The notes under the pieces were generated by a model, which saw only the letters and a program-made list of their open reading frames with translations, was not told the DNA's origin and made no database searches. From NCBI GenBank assembly GCA_965202605.1, contig OZ241838.1, forward strand, positions 1,647,817 to 1,711,816: 64,000 nt of DNA, written 5' to 3'. Origin of the DNA: a bacterium (GTDB taxonomy: Bacteria > JAAXHH01). Below, piece after piece: positions 8,093 to 17,602 of the stretch. Within the stretch, counting starts at the first letter, position 1; every line of letters begins with the position of its first letter. The translations under genes and the position numbers were made by a program.

Positions 8093-9922
8093 ATGGCTGT
8101 CCAGCAAACGGAAATAGAAGAAAAGCTCAAGGCGCTGCCGGGCAAGCCGGGCGTGTACCTGATGAAAGACGCCCGGTCACGCATCATCTACGTGGGCAAG
8201 ACCCGGGCGCTGCGCCAGCGTATCCGCTCGTACTTTCAGAAAAACCGGCGTACGGAGCCGAAGGCGGTCGCCCTGGCCAGCCGGATCCGCGACTTCGACT
8301 ACGTGGCCACCGAATCGGAAGCCGACGCGCTCCTCCTCGAAGATCATCTCATCAAGGAACACAGGCCCCGGTACAACGTGATGCTGCGCGACGACAAATC
8401 CTTTCCCTTCATCATGTTGACCAACGAGGCCTTCCCCCGGGTCGTGGTCACACGCAACGTCAGGCAGGACGGGGCCCGGTACTTCGGACCTTACACCAAC
8501 GTGAAGTCCATGCGGAGGACCATCGACCTGGTCCGTAAAGTGTTCCCGTTGCGCACCTGCCCGAGCGCAGGGGCCTGGCCGTCCATGGACCGGCCCTGCC
8601 TCGACTACTACATAGACCGCTGCCCCGGGCCGTGCAAAGGCCATATCGACGAGGAAGGCTACGGCGAGATCATCGACCAGGTATGCCAGTTTCTCTCCGG
8701 CAGGACGAAGGATCTGCTGAAGCAACTGAAGGAACGCATGGCGCAGGCCTCGGAGCATCTGCAGTTCGAGCTGGCGGGACGCATACGCGACCAGATCGTC
8801 GCCATCGAGAACACGACGGTCCGCCAGCGGGCCTTTACCAGCAGGGAAGTGGACCGTGACATCATCGGACTCGCACGAAACGGAAACGATGTGTGCGGGG
8901 CGGTACTCCAGGTAAGGGAGGGCAAGCTGCTGGGCAAGGAGCACTTCTTCCTGACGGCGCCCGAAGAGGCCACGGAACCGGAGACGCTGGGAGCCTTTCT
9001 GACCCAGTACTACCTCGCCGCGCAACTGTGGCCCGACGAGATCCTCCTCACCGGCGAACCGGAGGGCATCGAAGCGTTCAGGGAATGGACGGCCCGGAAG
9101 CGCGGTTCAAAAGTGAACGTCGCCGTGCCCCGGCGGGGTGACAAGGCGGCCATGGTCCGGCTGGCCGTCCAGAACGCGGAACTGCAGTTGAATACCCACG
9201 CGCTGAAACGGGCCGAAGCCAGGGTTCGCCGCAGCATGCCCGCCTCGGTCGCCTCGCTGCAGGAAGTCCTCGGGCTCGCCGTGCCGCCGAGACGCATCGA
9301 AACATTCGACATATCCAACATACAGGGCTCGGACCCGGTGGCCTCCATGGTCTGCTTCGTGGACGGACGGCCCCGCAAGACGGACTACCGGAAGTTCAAG
9401 GTCAAAGACGTGATCGGCCCCAATGATTTCGCCATGATGCAGGAAGTGGTCGGCCGGCGCTACCGTCGCCTGCTCGACGAGAGCAAGCTCCTCCCCGATC
9501 TCGTGCTCATCGACGGAGGCAAGGGCCAGCTGTCCAGCGTCCGGCAGGTCCTGAACGAGCTGGGCCTTGTCGACCTGCCCGTCATCGGCCTGGCGAAGCG
9601 ACTGGAGGAGGTATTTCGTCCGGGACAGTCCGAACCGATCGTCATCCCGCGGTCTTCCCCGGCCCTGAAAATGCTGATGCAGGCCAGGGACGAAGCCCAC
9701 CGGTTCGCCGTCACCTTTCACCGGCAGCGACGGGGAAGCCGCATGATCCGGTCCGAACTGGACAACATCCCCGGCGTCGGGCCGAAGCGCAAGCAACAGT
9801 TGATCATGGCGCTCGGATCGGTAGACAGGATCAGAAAATGCACCGAGGAGGAACTGACCGGGGTAAAGGGGCTGGGCAAAGAAGCGGCGCGGAAGGTGTA
9901 TCGATACTTCCATCCGGAGTGA
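8093..9922 (+). CDS. uvrC: Excinuclease ABC subunit C.
   Basis: GIY-YIG N-terminus (GVYLMKD...IIYVGKT), a UvrBC domain and a C-terminal HhH. Confidence 0.95.
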   Translation: MAVQQTEIEEKLKALPGKPGVYLMKDARSRIIYVGKTRALRQRIRSYFQKNRRTEPKAVALASRIRDFDYVATESEADALLLEDHLIKEHRPRYNVMLRDDKSFPFIMLTNEAFPRVVVTRNVRQDGARYFGPYTNVKSMRRTIDLVRKVFPLRTCPSAGAWPSMDRPCLDYYIDRCPGPCKGHIDEEGYGEIIDQVCQFLSGRTKDLLKQLKERMAQASEHLQFELAGRIRDQIVAIENTTVRQRAFTSREVDRDIIGLARNGNDVCGAVLQVREGKLLGKEHFFLTAPEEATEPETLGAFLTQYYLAAQLWPDEILLTGEPEGIEAFREWTARKRGSKVNVAVPRRGDKAAMVRLAVQNAELQLNTHALKRAEARVRRSMPASVASLQEVLGLAVPPRRIETFDISNIQGSDPVASMVCFVDGRPRKTDYRKFKVKDVIGPNDFAMMQEVVGRRYRRLLDESKLLPDLVLIDGGKGQLSSVRQVLNELGLVDLPVIGLAKRLEEVFRPGQSEPIVIPRSSPALKMLMQARDEAHRFAVTFHRQRRGSRMIRSELDNIPGVGPKRKQQLIMALGSVDRIRKCTEEELTGVKGLGKEAARKVYRYFHPE

Positions 9923-9990
9923 CTGCGTAGCGTTTGTATGAATAAACGGGGTAACGCCCGCCGATTCGCTTCTAACGATCTCCCGTTGCG

Positions 9991-10052
9991 GAGAATCGGA
10001 TTGCGCGGGAGGAGAATTCAGATTCGCGGCAGTAGAATCAGATTGCGCGGGG
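9991..10052. repeat. Three direct ~19-bp repeats (gagaatcRgattgcgcggg) upstream of the CMD-family gene; a possible regulator-binding array.
   Basis: Repeat units at 9991-10009, 10013-10030 and 10034-10052. Confidence 0.5.
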
Positions 10053-10254
10053 CCGTTACGTGCCTTAGTATGCCTGTATACGCGCGGGACTTAAGGGAGC
10101 ATAAGTTTGAATAATCCCGGCGCGAGTTTGAATACTCAATAGGTTCGGATCAGCTGATCGGAAACCTGGTCGACAACCCATGACATTCTGGTAGCGACAC
10201 GGGTAAATCACAGGCGTTATATCGCACGGGCGCGGGATTTCGAAGGAGATATTC

Positions 10255-10608
10255 GTGGGTAAGGTTCTTAGGTCATACGAGTTGCTTGAAGAACGCATGA
10301 AGGAAATCTACTTCGATTTCTACCGGGAGACGTACCGGGAGGGCACCGCGCTGGACAACAAGACCAAGGAGTTGATCGCCATAGCCGCCTCGTTGAGCGC
10401 GGGATGCCAGAACTGCCTGGAAGGTCACCTGAAGAAAGCCATGAAGTACGGCGCCGACGGCGCGGAGATCCGGGAAGCCGTGGCTATCGCCGTGGGCGTG
10501 GCGGCCGCTACGATCGTGGACCGCAGCGACCTGGCGAATTTCGAGATGAATTTCAACGAATTGCTTAACAAGACATCAAAGGCGGAGAAGGCGGGAGGCA
10601 AGTCGTGA
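10255..10608 (+). CDS. Carboxymuconolactone decarboxylase (CMD)/AhpD-like family protein.
   Basis: CMD-fold motifs (KELIAIAASLSAGCQNCLEGH). AAGGAG with a 7-nt spacer precedes the GTG start. Confidence 0.75.
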   Translation: MGKVLRSYELLEERMKEIYFDFYRETYREGTALDNKTKELIAIAASLSAGCQNCLEGHLKKAMKYGADGAEIREAVAIAVGVAAATIVDRSDLANFEMNFNELLNKTSKAEKAGGKS

Positions 10609-10751
10609 AAAACCGAGGCGCTGGAGATTCAGAGGCATTGAAATGCCGAGGCCTTTAAGAAACTGGGCCCGGGTGGGTCGATATGACAATTCCGGGATGA
10701 GCAATAGCCACGAATCATCGAAGATCGGGATATACCGTACTGGAGGAAAGC

Positions 10752-11477
10752 GTGAGAAGCGTATCCACGACACTTTTATGCGCATTGTTTGCCACGGCCT
10801 CCGTCCTGTCCAACGTACAGGCACAGTCCGCGGCCCAGGGGGAACAGCCCCTGACCGACGACGAGCAGAAGATCGTCGCCTACATCATGAAGCAGGTCGC
10901 GGAGTCCAAGGCCGGCAAGCCGAATTTCGGGCCGGAAACGGCCATGGCCGTATACAATGAACTCGGGATCCAGGTCACCCCGAACATGGTCCCTCGCGTC
11001 CGCGCAGCCGTCGTCGCCGAGTTGAAAGCCATCGAGGCCCGGCTCATGCTGAAGGAAGGAAGCACCGCGCCGGATTTCACGCTGCCTGTCCTCGGCGGGG
11101 GCGAGGCCAGCCTGTCCGCCCTGAAGGGCAAGGTGGTCGTGGTCAATTTCTGGGCTACCTGGTGTCCGCCCTGCCTCGTGGAAATGCCGGTGTTGAACGA
11201 ACTCTACGCTGCCTACCGGGAACAGGGTGTGGAGGTGCTTGGACTGTCCCTGGACGAGGAGGGACTTCCCGTTACGAAGCCTTTCGTGGAGAAGCTCGGG
11301 GTCACCTACCCCATCGTGGAAGCGGACCGCAAGACCTATCAGGCGTACGGCAACGTCCTGACCATACCCCACACCTTCGTGATCGACCGCGCCGGCGTGG
11401 TCGCGAAGCGGTTCGTAAACAACCAGTCGAAGGAAGCGTTCGAGACGGCAATCAAGGCGGCCGTCGCGGGCGAATAG
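10752..11477 (+). CDS. TlpA/ResA-family periplasmic thiol-disulfide oxidoreductase (thioredoxin fold).
   Basis: Signal peptide and the WATWCPPC active site. Confidence 0.85.
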   Translation: MRSVSTTLLCALFATASVLSNVQAQSAAQGEQPLTDDEQKIVAYIMKQVAESKAGKPNFGPETAMAVYNELGIQVTPNMVPRVRAAVVAELKAIEARLMLKEGSTAPDFTLPVLGGGEASLSALKGKVVVVNFWATWCPPCLVEMPVLNELYAAYREQGVEVLGLSLDEEGLPVTKPFVEKLGVTYPIVEADRKTYQAYGNVLTIPHTFVIDRAGVVAKRFVNNQSKEAFETAIKAAVAGE

Positions 11478-11497
11478 TCCTTACTTCCGGCTGCGGC

Positions 11498-12646
11498 TTA
11501 CCAGTCCGCCCGGTCCGCCTGGTCCGTCCGGTCCACCCGGTCTGCCGGGTCCGTCTGGGCTGCCCGGTGCGTCTCAATGGCGTCCATGTTCAGCGAAACA
11601 CCCAGGCCGGGCCGGTCTGAGACCCGGATTCTTCCGCCGATAATCCTTTCCGCCGGTTCGATCAGTTCGTGCCTCCAGGGCACTTCCCCCCAGGCGTATT
11701 CCAGGATCTGGAACCCGGGATGGGCGGCCATGGCCTGGACGCCCGCCGCGATGGTCAACGGTCCGAAGGGTCCGTGCGGCGCGGTGGGTATCCCCCGGCC
11801 CTCCGCCATGGCGGCGACCTTCTTCAACTCCCACAATCCGCCTACGATCGTCACGTCCGGCATGATGACGTCCACCAGTCCCTGGTCCAGGACGGGCCAG
11901 AACCCCTCCCTGTACATCAGGCTTTCGCCACCGGCCAGCGGTACGTCGATGTGATCCCGGATGATCCGGTATCCCTCGTGATCTTCATCGGGCACGGGTT
12001 CCTCGTACCAGTACAGGTCCAGGTCCCGCAGGGCATCGAAGACCTCGCACCCGCCCCGGGCGGTGAAGTGGCTGTGGCAGTCGATCAACAGGGAGACGTC
12101 CGGACCGATCGCGGCGCGCACCGCTTCCATGCAGGCAATGCCCTCCCGCGCATCGGAAGCCCGGTCGATCCCGCCCGCCATCCCGTCGAAGGGGGCCAGT
12201 TTCACGGCGTCGAAACCGTCCGAAACCGCGGCCTCGGCGTTCCGAGCGAATCCAGCCGGCGTCCGGTCCGTGGTGGCCCGGTTGATGTTGGCGTAAAGGG
12301 GTATCTCATCGCGGCAGCGCCCCCCGATGATGTCGGCCACGGGGACGCCCAGGGCCTTTCCCTTGATGTCCCACAGGGCCTGGTCGAGGGCACTCAGGGC
12401 CATCACTTTCGACCGGTCTGCGGGAGAAGGAAGGAGTTCGGCCAGGATGAGTTCGATGCGTCCGGGATCGCGCCCCGCCAGTGCGGGCTCCACCGCTCGC
12501 AGGAAGTCCAGGCTGCCTGACTTCGCGCCACCGGGATTCACTTCGCCGAATCCGGTTATCCCTGCGTCGGTATGCACCGCCAGGAAGGTCCAGTCGCCCC
12601 GGTGGTTCACGTGGACGGAGTGGGTCTTCATTCCGGTTATCTTCAT
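11498..12646 (-). CDS. Enolase-superfamily enzyme (mandelate racemase/muconate lactonizing enzyme-like dehydratase) with a repetitive C-terminal tail.
   Basis: MR/MLE N- and C-domain motifs (ITGFGEV, KLAPFDG). The tail QTDPADRVDRTDQADRADW is encoded by ggtccg-type tandem repeats. Confidence 0.8.
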   Translation of the reverse strand: MKITGMKTHSVHVNHRGDWTFLAVHTDAGITGFGEVNPGGAKSGSLDFLRAVEPALAGRDPGRIELILAELLPSPADRSKVMALSALDQALWDIKGKALGVPVADIIGGRCRDEIPLYANINRATTDRTPAGFARNAEAAVSDGFDAVKLAPFDGMAGGIDRASDAREGIACMEAVRAAIGPDVSLLIDCHSHFTARGGCEVFDALRDLDLYWYEEPVPDEDHEGYRIIRDHIDVPLAGGESLMYREGFWPVLDQGLVDVIMPDVTIVGGLWELKKVAAMAEGRGIPTAPHGPFGPLTIAAGVQAMAAHPGFQILEYAWGEVPWRHELIEPAERIIGGRIRVSDRPGLGVSLNMDAIETHRAAQTDPADRVDRTDQADRADW

Positions 12647-12851
12647 GGGCTGCCCCCTGGTTTAACGCTATATTCTGTCATTGATAACCGCAACGCATTT
12701 GTTTATATAACGCCATGCTCTGGACGGGTGTCCAGACCAACGGGCCCCGCCAGCGCATCGGTTAAAAATGGATATCGGTACCGCGAAAATGGATATCGGT
12801 ACCGCGGGGGTTACGCGGCGGACAATCGACCGATTCGTCGAAGGGAGAGGC

Positions 12852-13556
12852 ATGAGTACGCAAAAAGTAGCCGTTATCACGGGGGCGGGACGCGGGATGG
12901 GCGCGGCCATCGCCCGGAACCTCGCCGGCCAGGGGTGGGCCGTCGCGTTGCTGTCTCCCTCCGGAGCGGCGGAATCGCTCGCCGGGGAACTGGGCGGCAT
13001 CGGCGTGACGGGGTCCGTCACGGACGAGGCCGACCTGCGGAAGTTGGTGGGCCTGACCATGGATGCCCACGGACGCATCGACGGCCTGGTAAACAGCACG
13101 GGACATCCTCCCAAGGGCAGCCTGCTGGACATACCGGACGAGGACTGGCACGAGGGACTGGACATCGTGTTCCTCAACGTGGTCCGCATGGCGCGCCTCG
13201 TTACGCCGATCATGGTGGAGCACGGCGGCGGATCGATCGTGAACATCTCAACCTACGCCGCCTTCGAACCGGAGCATTACTTCCCGGTTTCCACGCCGTT
13301 CCGGGCGGCTCTGGCGAGTTTCACGAAGATCTACGCCGACAACCACGCCGGCGACAACATCCGGATGAACAACATCCTGCCGGGTTTCATCAACAGCCTG
13401 CCGGAATCGGAGGCGTTCCGGTCGCGTATTCCCATGGGACGCTACGGAACCGTGGAAGAGATCGCGGAAACGGCCGCCTTCCTGCTGTCCCCCGGTTCAG
13501 GATATATCACCGGACAGAACCTGCGGGTCGACGGCGGCATAACGCGGTCGGTGTGA
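12852..13556 (+). CDS. SDR-family oxidoreductase.
   Basis: VAVITGAGRGMG Rossmann motif and an NISTY-like catalytic region. The track start at 12768 lies inside an 18-20-bp tandem duplication (MDIGTAKMDIGTAG), so the ATG at 12852 is preferred. Confidence 0.8.
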   Translation: MSTQKVAVITGAGRGMGAAIARNLAGQGWAVALLSPSGAAESLAGELGGIGVTGSVTDEADLRKLVGLTMDAHGRIDGLVNSTGHPPKGSLLDIPDEDWHEGLDIVFLNVVRMARLVTPIMVEHGGGSIVNISTYAAFEPEHYFPVSTPFRAALASFTKIYADNHAGDNIRMNNILPGFINSLPESEAFRSRIPMGRYGTVEEIAETAAFLLSPGSGYITGQNLRVDGGITRSV

Positions 13557-13665
13557 CCGGTTCGGACAACGGTTTACGCTTGAAACACCGGAGTCGGTAA
13601 GGTAGTGCCAGGGCACGTTGGAAGAACGACGGACCAGGATGCGTAACCTTCGTACAGGGGAGATC

Positions 13666-14433
13666 ATGAAAGAGGCGGACCTGGCGTTTTTCTGTCAGAA
13701 CGGGTTCATCAACCTGGGCAAGGTGCTTTCTGACGAAGAGGTGGACCGTTTTCGCGGTCTCTTTGATGAAGACCGCCGCCGGTTCCCCTATTTCTGGCAC
13801 CCTTACGGCCACCACCAGGAGGCCAACTACGACGCTCTCGTCACCACGCCGGCCTTCGACGATTTGATTCGCCATCCTGATATTTACAGAACTATTGAGG
13901 AGCTGATGGGCGGACCGCTCTGCTTCGGGGAGATCGGACTGCGGTCCATGGGGCCGTACAAGGGTGATTTCCACCAGCGCTGGCACCGCGACAAGGCCCA
14001 CTGGTTCGACCATCCCCTGCGCATGGACTACATCCAGCTCATGGTGTATTTCACCGACGTGGACGAGGGCACGCACTGCTTTTCCATTTCGCCCGAGGGG
14101 ATTGATCAGCCCGTCCTGAAGGAGAACAGCGCGCAACTCGAGCGGGGCGTCTATGATCTCCACGGACCTGCGGGCACCTGCGCCCTGTTCAACGTATCCG
14201 TGCTGCACACGGCGACCCCCCGCCCCACGCGTGCCGTGCGGAAGACCGCGCAGATTTACTACGGCCACCGGGACCGGGACCCGCTGGCCAACGATTCGGG
14301 GATTCCCGCCACCTTCTGGCGGGACAGCGAAGACCCGGAGACCCGCGCCTTCTATGGCGTCCTGAACGAGCGAACAAAGATCTACATGGCGGCGTTCGGG
14401 GGTAAGCCGGTTATTGGAGATATCAATTCATGA
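13666..14433 (+). CDS. Phytanoyl-CoA dioxygenase (PhyH) family protein.
   Basis: PhyH-like His/Asp motifs (WHRDKAHW, HTATP). Alternative upstream start at 13618. Confidence 0.75.
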   Translation: MKEADLAFFCQNGFINLGKVLSDEEVDRFRGLFDEDRRRFPYFWHPYGHHQEANYDALVTTPAFDDLIRHPDIYRTIEELMGGPLCFGEIGLRSMGPYKGDFHQRWHRDKAHWFDHPLRMDYIQLMVYFTDVDEGTHCFSISPEGIDQPVLKENSAQLERGVYDLHGPAGTCALFNVSVLHTATPRPTRAVRKTAQIYYGHRDRDPLANDSGIPATFWRDSEDPETRAFYGVLNERTKIYMAAFGGKPVIGDINS

Positions 14434-14617
14434 GCTTTTTAATTACTACCACCTAAACCCCTATTTCAGTAAATCTTGAGGTTTAGTACACTACGAATAC
14501 ATTGTAAAATTAGGTAGCCAGTATACTGAATCGGACAGTAAATGAGATGAGTTAAGAAACGGTTCTAGTTCATGATGACCCTAGTTAAGGGTAGGAGTTA
14601 AACAGGAGAATCCCAAC

Positions 14618-15028
14618 ATGAAGCATTACAATCTGTTCATTAGCCACTCTTGGTCGTACGGCGACTCATACAAGAACCTTGTCGGTCTACTCAATTCAAG
14701 ATCATACTTTACATTCAGCAACTATTCTGTACCTAGATATGATCCGGTGCATACTAGCGGCACCGATAGGGAGCTCTATAGTGCTATCAAGAACCAAATG
14801 AGCCCGTGCAGCGTAGTTCTGATTTTAGCGGGGATGTATGCCAGCTATAGTAAATGGATGGAAAAGGAAATCAACATCGCCAAAAAAGAGTTCTCTAGCG
14901 CTAAACCTATAGTTGCCATTGAACCTTGGGGAAGCGATCGGACTTCCACACTTGTGAAATTGAATGCAGACAGAATCGTCAAGTGGAATACAGACAGCAT
15001 TGTTGCCGCTATACGGGGAGTAGCATGA
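14618..15028 (+). CDS. TIR-like domain protein (DUF1863 / Thoeris ThsB-like), 136 aa.
   Basis: LFISHSWSYGDSY...SVVLILAGMYASYSKWMEKEINIAKKEFSSAKPIVAIEPWG matches the DUF1863 TIR-like pattern (an F-I/F-S-H/F strand, then the xxSxWVxxEIxxA helix). AGGAGA RBS. It sits in AT-rich DNA. Confidence 0.7.
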   Translation: MKHYNLFISHSWSYGDSYKNLVGLLNSRSYFTFSNYSVPRYDPVHTSGTDRELYSAIKNQMSPCSVVLILAGMYASYSKWMEKEINIAKKEFSSAKPIVAIEPWGSDRTSTLVKLNADRIVKWNTDSIVAAIRGVA

Positions 15029-15483
15029 CAATGGACGAAAAAAAAGAGCTGCTGGAAATCTATAAACTGCACGCGGGACTTGCCGACAGTGTTAGCAGAC
15101 AGAGAGGTACAACCAATCGTTCTTATTTGTTGCTAATGTCAGGACTATCCGTGCTCTTTTCTGCACTCCTGCAACTTCGAAATGGAGTACATATAGGCTT
15201 TCTCATGTTGGGGTTCGGGATTTTGGGATCATTGTTGTCTATAGCTTGGTACATTCACATTCGTTCCTACCGCCAGCTAAATTCAGGTAAATTTAAGCCA
15301 CTACACGAGTTAGAAGTCAAATTAGCCTACCCTTTTTTCAAACGAGAATGGGAACTCTTGGGTGAAGGAGAAAAGCGCAGTAAGTACTGGAAACTGACAG
15401 TTGTTGAGACATTCGTCCCTGCTGTTTTTTTCGTGCTTTTCACCACAGTGGCATTGATAGGAATCTATCTGCTCCTATGTTGA
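15025..15483 (+). CDS. Small membrane protein with three predicted TM helices (152 aa), translationally coupled to the TIR-like gene; a candidate membrane-disrupting effector (SLATT-like?).
   Basis: ATGA overlap with the upstream stop. Hydrophobic segments are YLLLMSGLSVLFSALLQL, IGFLMLGFGILGSLLSIAWYIHI and VPAVFFVLFTTVALIGIYLLL, plus a charged ~45-aa loop. The track ORF 14926..15483 is trimmed to the coupled ATG. Confidence 0.6.
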   Translation: MTMDEKKELLEIYKLHAGLADSVSRQRGTTNRSYLLLMSGLSVLFSALLQLRNGVHIGFLMLGFGILGSLLSIAWYIHIRSYRQLNSGKFKPLHELEVKLAYPFFKREWELLGEGEKRSKYWKLTVVETFVPAVFFVLFTTVALIGIYLLLC

Positions 15484-15738
15484 ACATCATCTTTAGAGGT
15501 ATGCTCGAAATCTTATAAAGCAATCGACGTGATCATAATTCGCACAGTGTGACATTGCGAAGTAGCCTGTTGATCGAAACACAAAAGCTCTCCAAGCTAA
15601 CAGTCAAAATAGAGGCGTTAGGGGGTATGCAAGGCTGCATACTGCTTGTCGACTATTTTGGACCATACTCCAAAAAAGTAGGATATTTTTGGAGGGATGT
15701 TCAAATCAGTAACATGTCGCTGGCCCTGAATGAGCAGG

Positions 15739-16161
15739 TCAGACGAACTCCAGTTCCCCGGACGGTTTCATGCGGCGGTAATAGCAACCTGTGCGGTAAC
15801 GGCCGTCGCTGTCCTTCGTGTGACATACCCCGGAACCCAGGGGCGTTACGAGGAATACTACCGAGTTCTGCTCGCAGTTGACGCGGATTTCATCGATGCG
15901 CAAGGCGTTTCCCGACGTGGCGCCCTTTACCCATAGTTCGTTCCGCGAAGTGCTCCAGAACGTGGCGATCCCGGTCTTCAGGGATTCATCCAGGGCCTGG
16001 CGGTTGATATAAGCCACGATCAATACTTCCTTCGTTGCCGAATCCTGCACGACGACAGGCAGGACCTCTTCTTCGATACCGGCGATCTGCCGGAGCTTCG
16101 AGAAATCCAGGACCTCCTTCTTTCCTTCCTCCAGTTGATTCGATGCTGATGTGTTCGCCAT
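15739..16161 (-). CDS. hisI: Phosphoribosyl-AMP cyclohydrolase.
   Basis: VVQDSATKEVLIVAYINRQALDESLKTGIATFWSTSRNELWVKGATSGN is the HisI signature. Confidence 0.9.
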   Translation of the reverse strand: MANTSASNQLEEGKKEVLDFSKLRQIAGIEEEVLPVVVQDSATKEVLIVAYINRQALDESLKTGIATFWSTSRNELWVKGATSGNALRIDEIRVNCEQNSVVFLVTPLGSGVCHTKDSDGRYRTGCYYRRMKPSGELEFV

Positions 16162-16249
16162 GACTGCTCCGTATATACAAGGTATCTACAACTTGATCAC
16201 TTTATAGCGTCGGGAAACATGGGGCAGAACCAGGTGGATCACCGATCCT

Positions 16250-16996
16250 TTACAGTAGATGGTCATCCGCCGCGTGGCGCGCGCCGACCCCCTTCTGCAT
16301 GCGCATGAGCTGCTTCTGCCGGGGAGACAGCCCCTCGTACCATTCTTCCCGAAATCCGTCGTGCGGATCGAGTTGGAAGAGGAGCATGGACTTGCGGTAG
16401 TGCCCGAACAGGGCGTGGCGGTTTCGGCCGGTGGCATTGGCGCCGCCGCCGTGCCAGCACTGTCCATTGAAGATCAGCACGCTGCCCGATGCAGCTTCCG
16501 GCTGGTACACGTGCGGCACCTCCATGCCCTCCGGCGGACCGGACCATCCGCTCTTGTGCGAACCCGGCACGATGCGCGTGCCGCCGATCTCCGCGTTGAA
16601 ATCATCCAGCATCCAGATGGTGTTCATCATCACGGGGGAGACCGGGTTCAGCATGTGCTGCGGTATGTCGCTGTGGAAGTCCTGGTAACCGTCGCCCGGC
16701 CGCACGATGCGGGAACTCAGGCTGCCCAGCACTAGGGTCCTGTCCAGCACCCGTTCCAGGATGGGCAGGACGACCGGGTGGTCTACGACCTGGAGAAACA
16801 CGGGGTCCAGGGTGGGCAGGTTGCGCACCAGCAGCGACGTGCCCCCGCGGTTCTCGTAACCGGCCTCGCCATGCGCTTGCGCGACACGGATCAGCGCCTC
16901 ACGAAGCGCGCGTACCTGGGACGCCGTCAGCACTTCCGATATCAGGGTAAAACCGAAGGTTTCGATTTCGGCAACGGCCTGTTCAAAAAGCGTCAA
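16250..16996 (-). CDS. Phytanoyl-CoA dioxygenase (PhyH) family protein.
   Basis: PhyH-family 2OG-Fe(II) oxygenase motifs (HSDIP, HGGGANAT). Confidence 0.75.
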   Translation of the reverse strand: MTLFEQAVAEIETFGFTLISEVLTASQVRALREALIRVAQAHGEAGYENRGGTSLLVRNLPTLDPVFLQVVDHPVVLPILERVLDRTLVLGSLSSRIVRPGDGYQDFHSDIPQHMLNPVSPVMMNTIWMLDDFNAEIGGTRIVPGSHKSGWSGPPEGMEVPHVYQPEAASGSVLIFNGQCWHGGGANATGRNRHALFGHYRKSMLLFQLDPHDGFREEWYEGLSPRQKQLMRMQKGVGARHAADDHLL

Positions 16997-17005
16997 GTAT
17001 ACACC

Positions 17006-17602
17006 TTACCTTGATTGAGTATTTCTAAAAAACTCTTTAACCATTACGATCGCAGTTTCTGGTTTCTTAACAACTCTAAGATTTGCAGCAAAAGGTCGCC
17101 CAGGATGGAGTGTGTCCCACCAACTTTTCTCTCCTTGCTGCCTGCCTTTTCCAGGATCGTGAATACCAAAACCTTCAATGCAGCGATTCCAAACTGGCAT
17201 ATAGTGATCTATTAAGAACCTCTCTGCCAACGTAATCCATACTGGCTCAACAGCGAGATATCTGAAAGTGAAATGAGACGCTTCGAGGTCATTAGTCTGG
17301 TTTATGGATTTCATATGTTCGCGTATGCGGCTACGCAAACTGGGATTGAATATGTCAATTTTATCGCCCTTCCTTGAACCTGGAGGTACGGCTTTTCCAA
17401 CATATATTGGTCTGTTGCTCGAATCCTTGATAGGTTTGTAGATTGTTAACTCGCCTGTATAGTATAAAGAATATATACCTGGTCCATTTATGTTACGAAT
17501 GGAGTCTTCATTAAGTGGTAGGGTTCCTTGTTTTTCATAACTTACCACCAAGCCCATCATGAGATTCTCATATGTCAAAGGATCATACAATTCAATGTTC
17601 AT
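17006..17602 (-). CDS. GIY-YIG restriction endonuclease, Eco29kI-like.
   Basis: GIYSLYYTGE...PIYVGKAVPPGSRKG is a GIY-YIG motif typical of the Eco29kI family. A 4-nt ATGA overlap couples it to the upstream methyltransferase. AT-rich DNA. Confidence 0.65.
   Translation of the reverse strand: MNIELYDPLTYENLMMGLVVSYEKQGTLPLNEDSIRNINGPGIYSLYYTGELTIYKPIKDSSNRPIYVGKAVPPGSRKGDKIDIFNPSLRSRIREHMKSINQTNDLEASHFTFRYLAVEPVWITLAERFLIDHYMPVWNRCIEGFGIHDPGKGRQQGEKSWWDTLHPGRPFAANLRVVKKPETAIVMVKEFFRNTQSR

Noticed and set aside
15549-15881. 110-aa plus-strand ORF at the right end of the TIR islet
   Set aside because: Its first half is in AT-rich DNA with no RBS and its second half is antisense to hisI; most likely spurious, though a short remnant ORF cannot be excluded.
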